Assembly: GCA_964016885.1 (NCBI GenBank)
Contig: CAXHJY010000805.1
Coordinates: forward strand, 1 to 53,916
Direction of reading: 5' to 3'
DNA length: 53,916 nucleotides
Source: Eledone cirrhosa
Taxonomy: Eukaryota
Shown: positions 26,301-39,074 of the stretch, one piece after another
How positions within the stretch are numbered: position 1 is the stretch's first letter
Layout of the letters: every line of letters begins with the position of its first letter
Translations under genes and position numbers: made by a program
The notes under the pieces: generated by a model
The model's database searches: none
What the model was told of the DNA's origin: nothing
What the model saw: the letters and a program-made list of their open reading frames with translations, nothing else

Positions 26301-27408
26301 TCACATGATTGGATGATCAAACTCGTTTTGAAACACGAAAGCATCAAAAGATCATACTCCATTACAAAAGATGCACAAAGATACAGTAATGGACTACAAA
26401 TTTCAGAAGTCCCATTTACTGCTGAAATGGAAAACAGAAAAAGCAAAGCAGGTAAAAGTAACTGCAAAGAAAGAACTGCTACAGAAACTGGCTAAGAAAT
26501 GGCAAGAAAAGCCTCTGTATGGAAAATACCCAGAAAGAGCTAACAATCCTGATGTTGACAAAACTTTAACCCATCAGTGGTTGGCATCCTCTGGACTGAA
26601 ATCGGAGACTGAAGGACTGATTATATCAGCACAAGATCAGTGTCTGCCAACAAAAAATTACCAAGCCAACATAATAAAAAATGGATGCAACCCATTATGC
26701 CGTGTATGTAAAAAAACAACCAGAGGCCATTAATCATATAATTTCAATGTGCAGTCCTATAGCTTCAACCGAATACCTAAACAGGTATGACAGAGCTGCA
26801 CAATACATACATTGGATAATGTGTAAGCATTTTGACCTGCCCCATCAAAAGAATTGGTCGGAGCATCAACCACCTCCCATACTTGAAAAAGATCACATCT
26901 CAATCTTGTGGAACTTTAGCATCCAAACAGACCGAAAAATAGATGCAAATAGACCTGATATAATACTGAAGGACTTTAAAAAGAGGGTATGCCTGCTAAT
27001 TGATATGTCCGTTCCAATAGACAAGAATGTATCTATAAAAACATTTGAAAAATTGAGCAAGTATAAAAACCTGGAGATAGAAATTGGAAAAATGTGGAAA
27101 TTGAGAACTCAAACAATACCAGTGGTTGTAGGCGCTCTAGGAATAATACCTAAGGGGTCTAATGATTACTTATCGCAAATCCCAGGAAACCCGCGTATAG
27201 GAGAAATACAAAAGATAGTACTAATGGGAACTGCCCATATACTAAGGAAGATTCTGTCAATATAAGTACATCACAAGTCTAAACACCTAAAGATGCATGT
27301 ATGTGTATGTATGTTCTTTCTTGAACATGGCGGACTTTGTTGTCTCTTGAGGTCACTGGTTGTGACTTGGTGATAACTCGTATGAACATAAAGCAAGATA
27401 AATGCAAC

Positions 27409-27410
<2 letters not shown>
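23379..27410 (+). mobile_element. Near full-length R4/Dong-clade non-LTR retrotransposon (RT + CCHC + restriction-like endonuclease), frameshifted
   Basis: WKSPGKDKI, NYRPITCL, WIDYKKAFDS, GIFQGDSLSP, HLFYMDDLKL, CRVC..HI..C, RPDI, LIDMSVP, EKLSKY; flanked by TAA repeats (23364-23378 and 27411-27446), the known Dong target type. Confidence 0.92.
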
Positions 27411-27446
<36 letters not shown>

Positions 27447-27447
<1 letters not shown>

Positions 27448-27623
27448 TGTTTCTACGTTAGGCACAAGGCCAGCAATTACCCAGTGTATTACTGGTACTT
27501 TATTTTATCGACCCCGTAAGGATGAAAGGCAAAGTTAACCTCGGCGGGATTTGAACTCAGAATGACAAGGGCCGTAACTCTATGCGTCAAAGCATGGCGT
27601 CCGACCCTCTACCGATACTGCCA
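27447..27623 (-). mobile_element. tRNA-derived SINE (octopus-type)
   Basis: A box TGGCAGTATCGG, B box GAGTTCAAATCC, body CTTTGCCTTTCATCC...GTCGATAAAATAAAGTACCAGT, (ATT)n tail. Confidence 0.9.
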
Positions 27624-27642
27624 TAATAATAATAATAATAAT

Positions 27643-30600
27643 GCTTTCTTTATTAACCCAAGGGTTTACACAAAGTAGACATTAAGGACAGTACAGGACA
27701 ATACAGGACGGTGCAAATGGGCATTTCTGCGTGTAAAAAAAAACAAAAACAGAGGATGTAACAAATAAATAACAATGAAAAAATTCCCCAATAGGGGGAA
27801 AACTTCCGAGAGACATTTGTGGAGAAAGCCCATTAAAAGGTCACAGTGACCGTGACCACCAGGGCAAGTGCCCTCTCCCAGTTTTCCACCTTTAATTTAC
27901 AGCACATACTCAGGGTAGGCCCATTCACTCGGGCCATACTTGCTTCTCTCACCCATCTTTCAACAAAATGCTGGGAAGAGAGCACTTCCCTCTCTACCCT
28001 GATTTTCCTTTTCAAATGAAATTTGAAAAAGTTAATCAGGGCATCACCGAAGAAGTAAGTGCTCGTCTTCAGCCCTTTCAAACGTGTCCACCATACTATC
28101 TCTTTCGCCATGGCCACCAGACAGATAAAAACTGCTTGCCCTTCCCGGCTAAAGGGGGAGGGCGGGGCAATCCTCACGATGGACTCAGCTGATAGTTGGA
28201 TCCGTCCTACACGTGACAGCAGGTGTTCGACATAAACCCACAAGTCAGCAATGCTCGGACACTGGACGAGTGCGTGCAGGACGGTTTCGTCGCCCTGCGC
28301 GCATCTCGGACATGCCCGGCTGACGGCACCTCCATCCCTGTAGAGTTTATCCCAAACTGGCAAAGCTCCTCGGTAGCACTGCCAGGCCAGGGATTTCTGG
28401 AAGTTGTCCATAGGCCCCGGTCCGAAAGTCCTTCCGAAGAGATTGGCTAGTTGATTTTCGTCGACGCCTAGAGTTTTCTCCAAGTACGTCGTCGCTCTTC
28501 CCCTCCACTAATCCTCTATAGAACGCCAAGGTGGAGTTTCCACCGATCACATTGCCTGATTGGTCGAGGGCTGTGAGCGCCTGAAAACATTCCAGTCTCC
28601 AAGCGTTCCCTCTCGGTCTTCGCTTGACCCAGGACTGCAGCTCCGTCAAAGAGATGAGCTGGGTAAAGACGCGTCTAGCAAACGGCGACCACACCTGATC
28701 ACCGTCGAGGAAGAGGTGGAGATGTCGTAGCCTGAGCGCGTGTCTTCGCATCATCAGCCACGGCATGCCCAACCCTCCACGTAGCGGGTGTTGACAGCAG
28801 ATGGACCGCCTGACCATCGGAGCGCGTCCCTTCCACAAAAAGCGAAAGAGCAAACGCTCCAGCGCAGTCAGGCGGGGCTTAGGACAAGGTACGACGGTCA
28901 GGCGGTAGTAGATGACGGACGCGATCTACGCGTTAGCCACCTCCGCTCGACCTTTCAGGGATACCTTTCTCTCCGCCCATTCCTGGGTGAGAAAAGCCAC
29001 CCTGTTCATCACCTCGTCCCAGTTTTTGTCCGTCTGGAGGTCCGGACCGAACCAGACCCCTAGAAATTTAACCGGTCCGTCCGTCCAGCGCCCGACAACG
29101 CTGTTGGACGGCATGGACCTGCCTCTCCAGGTGCCGAGCTGCAGGCCCACTGACTTTTCCTGGTTGATCATTGCTCCTGTCACCGCTTCGTATTCTCTTA
29201 GTGTAGTGCCGATCGCCTCGATGTGTTTGGCGTTCGACACCACTACGGTGACATCGTCCGCATATGCTGACACGGATCTTCCGCATCCTAGTTCGCGCGG
29301 GACCCCCCTCAACGTCTCCAGTTTGTGCAGTAATGGCTCGAGAGTCAATACGTACAAGAGGGACGAGAGGGGACATCCTTGGCGGACCGAGCGCATGATG
29401 TTGAACGGTTCCGAAAGGTGACCGTTCACTCTCACCACAGAGCAGATGTCGCTGTGCATGGCAGCGATCCAGCCTCTGAAGACGGGCCCAAAGCCAGCCG
29501 CCATCAGGACTGCCGCTAGGTAACGATGGTCGACCCTATCGAAAGCTTTCGACTGATCTAAATTGATCAAAGACCCACCCGTGCCAGGTTCTCTAACTAC
29601 CCTCTCTACGATATATGGCATGAGGTGGAGGTTGTCGTGGATGGATCTGTCGGGAATGGCGCATGTCTGCGCCTCTCCCACCAAACCACCAACGACAAGC
29701 GCCAACCTCTTTGCTAGCACCTTGGCCAAAATCTTGAACTCTGTGTTTAGCATAGTTATGGGCCTGAAATTATCTATGTTATCCCCCTTGTTCAGATCCT
29801 TTCTCAGCAGCGCCACAGCTCCTCGGCTCACAGAGCTGGGAATTCTCCCGTTCTGTTGCCAGTAGCAGTAGACGTCCGCCAAGAGGCCTCCGAACAAGTC
29901 TGCATCTGTACGTAAAGTTCATAGGGCAGACCATCGAAACCAGGCGATTTACCCCTTGTGCAGCCAGTCATTGCCTCATATACTTCAGCTGCTGTTATCG
30001 GCTTTTCGCAACACTCCGCCTCAGTGGCCGAGAGCCGCGACAGTCCGTCGAGGTAGACACTAAAGTCCATCCCTCGACCCGGCCCGCCGCTGCCCCCGAA
30101 CAGCTGAGCGAAGTGTCGCTGAAAAGCTTCACACATTTACCCGTAATCGAGTAGCATGCGCCCGTTGTGGTCCACTAGAGACCAGATCGTGGTTTTGTTG
30201 CCATGACGCGCTTCCGCCATTCAGGCCCATTGAACGGCTTTCGTCCCCTCGTGTCTGAGAGCACGCACCCTAGCTCTGACAACGCAGCGTTCGTGCTTTG
30301 CATTGAAGAATTGGTCAACGGCCAATTTCGCCGCAAGTACGTCGGTCGCGATGCCTTTGCTAAGCGCCTCGTCTAATTTTTTAACTAGTTCTCCCTCTCC
30401 TCTATTTTTCTCTATTACTAAAGCCTTACTAAACCTAATGGACTCTGTTCTAATCGCTCTTTTCAGAGCAAACCACCACTTGTTGTTGACGATGGCCCCC
30501 GTCAATGCCCGCTTAACTAGTTCGCTAATCTGGTCTCTGTAGGCCTTGCGCGCTAGTAAGGACGCGTTTAGCTTCCAGTAGCCGGGTCCTTGTCTATGAA

Positions 30601-32380
30601 GCCTATCTAAGTCAACCACACAGATCAGGAATTTGTGGTCCGTGTAGCTGACTATCTTGAATTGTGGACAGCCTATGCTAGACCTATCTATTTCCCTACA
30701 AAATATCTAGATATGATCTGGATGACCCGATGCCGTTTGTCCAAGTCCACATTGGCGCATTCGGGAAATCCAATCGGTACCTGTAAGACAGTTCAAAACT
30801 CCTGAGCAGGTTGGTGAGGCTCTTGTACCCTCTTCCTCTATCCGCTAATCCCACACAGTCCCAGCGTGCATCTAAGATCCCGTTCCAGTCGCCCACTAAC
30901 ACTAAAGAGCGGGACGTTCCAAGAAAGGTCTCCAGACGCCGGAAGAAATCAGGCCGCCCTGCTCCTGTCGGGGCCACTAGCCTGAAAGCTTTCCCGTCTC
31001 CGCTGGTCACGTCCAGCACCACCAACTTACCCTCTGGGTCCAGGAAGATGGCCCGTATGGCGAGATCCAAACCTCTCCGAAAAAGCACAGCAACTCCTCC
31101 CCCCGATCTAGGACGGCTGGGAGATGCGTACACATCGTAGCCGCCGAAGATCGGTGCGAAGGCCCGTGCCTCGGAGATTCTGGTCTCGCTGATGGCCACC
31201 ACATCTATGTTAAGTGACCTGAGATCGTTCAGCAGGTGCCCCTGCTTCCAAGACGACACCAGGCCACGTACATTTATGCTACCTATTCTGAGAGTAGCTA
31301 TGTCGGCTAGGATAGGAGGAAAACAAGTGAGAGGGGAGAGGTACAAAAAATGACCTGTGACTCTTCTTTCGGAAGGGGGTGGGTGATCCATCCCTCCGAC
31401 CATTGGTGGGTTTCTCCACGAGAATATCCGTGAATATTCTTTTGGTGATGTTCCCTCGGTAGTCTCCAATTGATGTGGGGAACATTTTTTTTAATGTTAT
31501 GTAATTTTTTTGTGTAATTTCTATTATTTTTATGTGTGTGGGGGGTGCAATATTGGTGGTTTGTATGTAGTTTGTTTCTGTGATGTTGGTGTGGTGTTGA
31601 ATGTAATTTAAAAGCTTTGTGTTGTCTGTGTCTATGGCTGTGTATTGTGTCTGCTGTTTGGGTGTTGGTGTTTTCTGTGTTTGCTGTCGTGTTGTTGGAG
31701 GTAACCATGGGGGTAGATGGTAAGGGTGGTGGTGGTGGTGGTGGTGGTGGTGGCGGTGGTGTTTGTGTTTGTGTTTGTGGTGGTGATGGTGTAGGTGGTA
31801 ATGGGGGTGTGGCTGTTGATGGTTGTGGAGGAGGTGGGGTAGTTTTCATTTTTTTTTAAAGGTTCTTTCTTCCTCTTTATTTGGGGGGGGGAGGGGTGAG
31901 GATAGGGAGTTCTTCCTTTTTTGTTGGAATAGTTCTCCACTCTTCGGCCTCATCGCACTCATCCGATTTGGCTATATCAGGAAGGGGTATGCTTTCCATT
32001 GGTTTTGTGGGTGGTGGAAGAGATGGTGTTTTTGTTGTTGGGGATGGTGATTTCTCTTCTGCCACTCTGTTCTTTGTTTGTTTGTCTGCTCCAGTTGCGG
32101 GACACGGCGTGGGGAGAAGGGGTGGGCGCGTGCCTGTTTTGGTAATTTTAGGGCAGAATGCCTTAAGGTGCGTCTTGTCACCGCATCCATGACACCTTGG
32201 GCGCCTACCTTCGACAGTCACAGGTAGATGGCTGCCGTCGTCCAGGTCTATTACATCGGAGATGGCCTCAACGCTTTCGTGGTGTGCTTGGATAATTAGC
32301 TCCATCCCCGACCCTGTCCAATTTTCCTGTCTTATTCGTATGAAGTTGAGTATGGTTGTTGAATCTTCAACGTAGACATT
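27643..32380 (-). mobile_element. Tx1/L1-clade LINE (ORF1 remnant plus APE-RT-zinc finger ORF2), frameshifted
   Basis: ORF1 knuckle CHGCGDKTHLKAFC; APE GSINVRGL, SETR, GDWN, SYLD; RT KSPGFDGLP, FRPITMLN, LDQSKAFDRV, RQGCPLS, YADD; CPRC...HALVQC; AATAAA then (ATT)n tail. Confidence 0.93.
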
Positions 32381-33042
32381 CGCCTATAAGTGTGATTTAG
32401 TATAATAATATGTAGTATAAAATTATAATAAAAACCAATATAACATAATTGTTAACTATAGCACCATGACGTATATCATGTGTATTCTGTTGAGCTGTAG
32501 ACTAGTCTTATCTATTTGGATAAAATGTTGGCCTGAAATACACAGCGAAGGTTTATATAGTTTATGTTTACTAGTGAAAACTATTTCAGATTATTTGTTT
32601 CAAATACATACATTGGCGTAGAATATATCTAAGCCTTCAACAGCACAAAGATCACAAGGTTTTTATAGAGGCTGTAAGATGAAGCGTTAGATAGTGCCAC
32701 TCAATGTAACATATATCGGATGTTTCTGTCTTTCAAACTCTAGATATAGGTCGAAAGTAAAGTTATATTTCTTCTTAAAGGATCTCGATATGAATGAGAT
32801 TGCATGTATATTTTCTATTTGAATCTCATGAATTTTAGCCCTAATTTATGTGTTAAGTGGAATTACTTCATAAATAGATACAGTAATTCTCATTTTTCTG
32901 AGGAAGGATGAATTTCAGAAACAAAAAGCCTCATTTTTTAAAATAACAAGCGTTTAATTACTATATATTTTCGATCTAATATACCGATTCTTTTTGTGTA
33001 GAATTCCCTTTGATTTTCGTTTAATTTTCGCAATCGTATATA

Positions 33043-33112
<70 letters not shown>

Positions 33113-33177
33113 AGGTATTGTAATATGCAGTTACTGTATGTTCACCCTACGTGTTCATTCTCTCATTACCATAATAG

Positions 33178-33268
33178 AGGTCAGACGACGAACTTTTGAC
33201 TCCAGAGTCGGGCCAGATCGATACAGGTCGGACCTTGAGGTGATCAATAGCGAAACGCGCGTCACTAC
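33178..33268 (+). ncRNA. Degenerate or variant hammerhead (CAGACGA core)
   Basis: CAGACGA 33182-33188; GAAA CGCGCG TC 33252-33263 (typical PLE-type stem III and GUC site); stem I only 3 bp. Confidence 0.45.
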
Positions 33269-33305
33269 GCAATAAACGTAATGAAGACATAACAAATCGT
33301 CATTT

Positions 33306-33367
<62 letters not shown>

Positions 33368-33404
33368 AAATGACGATTTGTTATGTCTTCATTACGTTTA
33401 TTGC

Positions 33405-33407
<3 letters not shown>
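33266..33407. repeat. Inverted repeat of about 43 bp around a (TA)n spacer
   Basis: TACGCAATAAACG...CATTTTATT / AATAAAATG...CGTTTATTGCGTA. Confidence 0.9.
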
Positions 33408-33436
<29 letters not shown>

Positions 33437-33441
<5 letters not shown>

Positions 33442-34379
33442 AAGTGTTAAAACGATCAAATTTTATAAGGATCAACATTTATTTGCTGACAATTGTTTCT
33501 TCCAGAGGGAAGTCTGGAATCGTCGGAGCATAGGGAATGTCGAAACATTTGACTAAAATCCTAGTCATGCAGAACATTTAGGGTATATAATTGTTGTTTG
33601 TGTCATAGGCATCATGTGGAGAGTCAGTATTTAAAAAAGCAACTCACCCTGTGTCACAATAACATGGCCAGTGATTCGATGGAATTTACATTTCACAAAC
33701 AAACACCTATTGACTACAAACGACTCAAAATAATCCCATGTTTAATAGCTGTGAGTTACAAACAACATATACACATGCATACGAACTACAACACAAAAAC
33801 ACTTGAATGAAAATCACCTATATCATGTGCTTTGGATTACACCTCACATAACAAATACCTACATTATCACTACATGTCTCTCTAACAAAGTGCACGCTAT
33901 CTTAAACATTTATAACAATTATAACATGCTTTAACATCCCACACAAAATATGATTATTTCAACTGCATTATATATTCCTTATTGACTGTATTGACTCCTG
34001 CATTGTACACCCATAACATTAACTGTTCTCCAATGTTAGGATATCTTATATTTTATATCTTATGTCAATGCTATCCCACACTTTTCCTTGCTTATAACTT
34101 TTTTGCCTGTAGTTTTTGCTTACACTTCTTACACTTTCAACCAGTGCTGCCTGTAATTGTGTTCTTTCAAGCATAACATCTTTTTAACTCGTGATTCTCC
34201 ACATGATGCCTATGACACTAACAACAATTATGTACCCTAAATGTTCTGAATGACTAGGATTTTAGTCACATGTTTCGACATTCCCTATGCTCCGATGATT
34301 CCAGACTTCCCTCCAGAAGAAACAATAGCCAGCAAATAAATATTCGAAACTAAAATTTTATCGTTTTAACATTTTGTAT
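33437..34379. mobile_element. Element with about 190-bp inverted arms carrying hammerhead variants (probably PLE-derived)
   Basis: Arms 33437-33626 / 34192-34379; flanked by (TA)n. Confidence 0.75.
33484..33530 (-). ncRNA. Minimal hammerhead with a CCGACGA (U4C) core; mutated twin at 34288-34334(+)
   Basis: TGCT CCGACGA TTCCAGA-CTTCCC-TCTGGAA GAAA CAATTG TC AGCA: stem I 4 bp, perfect 7-bp stem II, palindromic stem III, GUC site. Confidence 0.7.
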
Positions 34380-34422
34380 CTCGGCTCTGTAAAACACTTG
34401 AAAATTTGCATTGAGCCTTTTG

Positions 34423-34514
<92 letters not shown>

Positions 34515-34519
<5 letters not shown>

Positions 34520-34866
34520 CAAATCGTAAGGGACCAGATTCGCTAAGGTGAAAAGAATACTAACTACAGAATACTAAATACGGTTTGCCAGACTCAATTT
34601 AAGAATAAATCAAGAAAAATAAATACAAACCAGAATTGTGGTAACTACCAATCACCCGGACAGTTTTCATAATACTGTTTCGCAATATCAATTGTGAAGA
34701 GGAATACCAACATTTATCAAAGCTGTCCGGGTGATTGGTAGTTACCACAATTCTGGTTTGTATTTATTTTTCTTGATTTATTCTTAAATTGAGTCTGGCA
34801 AACCGTATTGTCTATAGTTAGTATTCTTTTCACCTTAGCGAATCTAGTCCCTTACGATTTGAACAC
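34515..34866. repeat. Fold-back element with about 155-bp arms and a 40-bp spacer
   Basis: 34515-34673 is the reverse complement of 34713-34866; lies between (TG)n and (TA)n. Confidence 0.9.
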
Positions 34867-35320
34867 ATATATTTATATATCTGTGTTCGTCTTTCTTTTT
34901 TGTTCAGTTATATATATATATACATATCATGTATACATATAGACACAAACGCGCATGCATATACATATATATTTATATACATATGCATATACACACACAT
35001 ATATATATATATATACACATATACACCTATATTTACATATATACAAAATTATACTCACATATATACAAAAATATGTGTATATAAATATATATATGTATAT
35101 ATTTACATACATATATATACATAGCACCTACCGCCAATGCTGTTGCTACTTTCATGACTACACACCTCTCTCTCTATACAAAAAAAGGTCATTCTCCAGT
35201 CTCCTTCTCAACAAGCAAGATGAAAAAAATAGAAAAACAGACCGTAAAATATACTTTCCATGGTATTTCTAACTTCACCCTTTCTCTGTAACCACTGTTT
35301 TGTATAGAACCTTACTTCCC

Positions 35321-35462
<142 letters not shown>

Positions 35463-35574
35463 GATACATCACTGATTCCTCGTAATCTATAATATATATA
35501 TACATATATATAAGTGGTTACACAATAGTTAAACTGTTGTGTAGCCACTTCTACCTAACTCGTCCCATAAAAAA

Positions 35575-36120
35575 TAAAAATATTTGAGCTGAGTCGTTAG
35601 ATCCCATAGCGATATCAAAGTTATTTTGTCTATTTTTTCTTTCCCAGTAATTATTATCTAACCTAATGATAGTTCTCCCAGCCGCTAGTGTTATTCTAAT
35701 TTCATCAGAGGATAGGTCCGATTTTTTTGTGCAAAATTTAGTGCCTTATTTAGGGTGACTGGGGAAATAGAGGAGTAGTAGTCATTGATGTCAAATTGTA
35801 TGAAGTCGGAAGTTTCCCTATTGTCTAATTTGCTAAACCAATCTATTGCTTCATTAGTGTTACCCCAAAGCTTAATTATTAGTTTGTCTTTAATTTGTGC
35901 TATTATTCTATCTAGTATATACTTGTTAATTCTACCGACTTTGATGAGCCTATTAATTTAATAGTAGGGTCAGTTTCGAAGTTGCATTTATGATCTTTCA
36001 GATTAAATGTGGGTTTACAAGGGGTCGGTTCTATCAGATATTTAGAGTCTTTTTACAATGTTAAGTCCTTCCTTATTAATGCTATTGAGTGTAGACTCTG
36101 TAGTTTTCTTGTATTTCTTG
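35575..36120 (-). pseudogene. PLE RT fragment (inverted 5' part)
   Basis: FIQFDINDYYSSISP..LNKALNFA and YWERKNRQNNFDIAMGSNDSAQI on the minus strand. Confidence 0.8.
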
Positions 36121-36139
36121 TGTAATTCACGACATATAA

Positions 36140-36445
36140 AGTTATTGTATGTATTAAGGCTCATGGATTTAGCATGGCACTACATAGGTTCTACGGCGGG
36201 GGAGTTCAAATAACGATGATACGTCCACAGACACTCTATGAAGAACCGTAAACTAATGAATACAACAACGCTCGCCAATAAAATCTGGCAGCTTAAAGAT
36301 ACAAACCAAGAATACAGGATTAGCTGGTCTAAATTGTCAAGAGCAATGGCCTATAAAATTGGTATGTCCCACTGTAGACTTTGTAATATGGAATTATTCC
36401 ATATTTGAAAATATGACAAAATGCTGCTTAACAGCAAAATTGAAC
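36140..36445 (+). pseudogene. PLE GIY-YIG endonuclease fragment
   Basis: YIGSTAGEFK*R*YVHRHS...TTLANKIWQLK...ISWSKL...CRLCNME...LLNSKIE. Confidence 0.85.
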
Positions 36446-36446
36446 G

Positions 36447-36493
36447 GTCAATAAAGAAAGTAATAAAGAGAGAAAAAGAAAGAGAGAAAAAAG

Positions 36494-36552
<59 letters not shown>

Positions 36553-36791
36553 ATAAAAGAAAGAAAGAAAGAAGAAAAAAAGAGTAAAGAAAAAAGATAA
36601 AGAAAAAGAAAAATTGAGAGAAAAAATAGAAAGATAGAAAATGAAAGAGAAAATATAATAGGTTATGATGTTGATTCATTGTTATTAACTGTCAATGAAT
36701 CAACATCATAATCTATTATATTTTCTCTTTCATTTCTATTTTTTCTCTCTATTTTTCTTTTTCTTTATCTTTTTTCTTTACTCTTTTTTCT

Positions 36792-36874
<83 letters not shown>

Positions 36875-36932
36875 CTTTTTTCTCTCTATCTGTTTCTTTT
36901 TTTCTTCTTTTTCTTTTTATTTCTTTATTGCT
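36447..36932. repeat. Fold-back of a (GAAA)n/(TTTC)n-containing PLE tail
   Basis: Arms about 36447-36681 / 36693-36932; decayed hammerhead-like CTGATGA...AAAACAATTGTT follows at about 36976-37082. Confidence 0.8.
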
Positions 36933-37136
36933 GATGTTGTAATTTGAATTTGTAAACGCTATGTATAATTTTATTCAGTTATCTGATGATTTGGTTAAGC
37001 ATACATCGTATTTAAAATTGAGTGATACAACTTTAAGTGATTAGCAATTTTACGACAATCAATAAAACAATTGTTAATACTGTAACTAAAACCCTTCTTG
37101 TACTGTTGACCATGTTATTCTTCACTCATACACTAT

Positions 37137-37224
<88 letters not shown>

Positions 37225-37232
<8 letters not shown>

Positions 37233-37326
37233 ATACTTTGGGAGGGTCATGTTGCCAATAAGAAACACACGCACCAGTGCGTGTGTTTCTTATTGGCAAC
37301 ATGACCCTCCCAAAGTATAACAATAT
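37225..37326. repeat. Perfect palindrome with 50-bp arms
   Basis: Arms 37225-37274 / 37277-37326, 2-nt spacer CA. Confidence 0.95.
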
Positions 37327-37498
37327 CGGTTTCAACACACGATTTCAGATAAAGAATCTTGCTAAACAAATTCAGAAACGAAATATATATATATATATAT
37401 ATAGTGGAAAATTGAACGGGAACAAAACAGAGAGGCAGTACGAACAAAGGTTTATTAGTTTCACGCTCTTGAGAGTGGGGTGGTGGTATATATATATA

Positions 37499-37651
37499 AG
37501 TAGTAACACAACAGTTAGATTACCATACTGAGAACAGTTGTTTCACCTTATGCGGATCTTCAGCTCGGACTGGAGACCAGTCCGAGCTGAAGATCCGCAG
37601 AAGGTGAAACAACTGTTCTCCGCATGCTGAATTAACTGTTGTATTACTACT
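37499..37651. repeat. Palindrome with back-to-back hammerhead motifs
   Basis: Axis near 37575; plus strand GAG CTGAAGA TCC..GGT GAAA CAACTG TT CTC at 37584-37620; mirror at 37530-37566. Confidence 0.8.
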
Positions 37652-37713
37652 TCTACCAAACTCGTCCCATGGACGACTGAGTGCTCTCCCACTACCTATT
37701 TTACCTTCCAGGG

Positions 37714-37761
<48 letters not shown>

Positions 37762-38071
37762 TCATGAAATAGCATTGCCAACCTCTTTATTATCTAATAA
37801 TGAACTCTAGAGAATCTTGGCCATCAGAATTAAATATGACCGCCTTTGTTATATTCTTCCTAATTTACTTTATTAATTTATTTATGGCTAATTCAGGAGA
37901 TAATGTTTATAAATTTTTGTAATCTTTATAAACTTTAAAGAATTTTTAATCATATAATTCTCATTATTCTCGCAACCTTATAAACTTTATATTTTTTATT
38001 TTATATGTTTTATATTTATTATGTTATTCTTGTTATTTATTCATATTTTAATTATATTATATAATTTACAA

Positions 38072-38262
38072 AGAGCGGTGGATTGGCAGTATCAGTAGAG
38101 GGTCGGACGCCATGCTTTCCAGCATAGTTACGTCCCTTTACAATCTGAGTTCAAATCCCGCCGAGGTTGACTTTGCCTTTCATCCTTACGGGGTCGATAA
38201 AATAAAGTACCAGTAATGCACTGGGTATTTGCTGGCCTTGTGCCTAAAGTAGAAACCATTAT
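38072..38262 (+). mobile_element. tRNA-derived SINE
   Basis: A box TGGCAGTATCAG, B box GAGTTCAAATCC; same body as 27447-27623. Confidence 0.9.
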
Positions 38263-38315
38263 ATAATTTACATAATAATTTACATATAATTTACATAGTA
38301 TTTTTACCTTTCAAC

Positions 38316-38347
<32 letters not shown>

Positions 38348-38350
38348 TAC

Positions 38351-38403
<53 letters not shown>

Positions 38404-38553
38404 CATATATATATACATATATTACATATATATATACATATATATTTATGTATATATACATACATATATACATAAATATATATATGTATATATATATAAT
38501 AATATGCATGTATATGTATGTATTCACATGTATCTGTGTACCCCTCATTATTG

Positions 38554-38595
<42 letters not shown>

Positions 38596-38815
38596 AATAT
38601 ATATATACATAAATATAGAATATTTAAGTATCGAGAAAGAAGAAGAGATAAGCGATACATATATTTAGTTGCCAATAGCTTCTGCAAATGTGCTCAATAC
38701 TTGTGCCTACAGGGTTAAATATTAGAAGCGTTAATATCTAGCGGGCGAGAATATAAGCAAAGCGGTTACAAGTGGAATGTTTTAACCGTATATTCTTCTT
38801 TGTATTCATTCCACT

Positions 38816-38905
<90 letters not shown>

Positions 38906-39074
38906 GACATACATACATTATATATATATATATATATATATGTATATAGTAATAATAAATTTGAAGACTAAAATCCAAAGAGGGTTCGATAAGGATAAAT
39001 ATATATCAAATATATAAGAACCGTAAAGCAAATATTTATTAAAATAACAGATTAAAGTTTAATCAAAGAATCGC

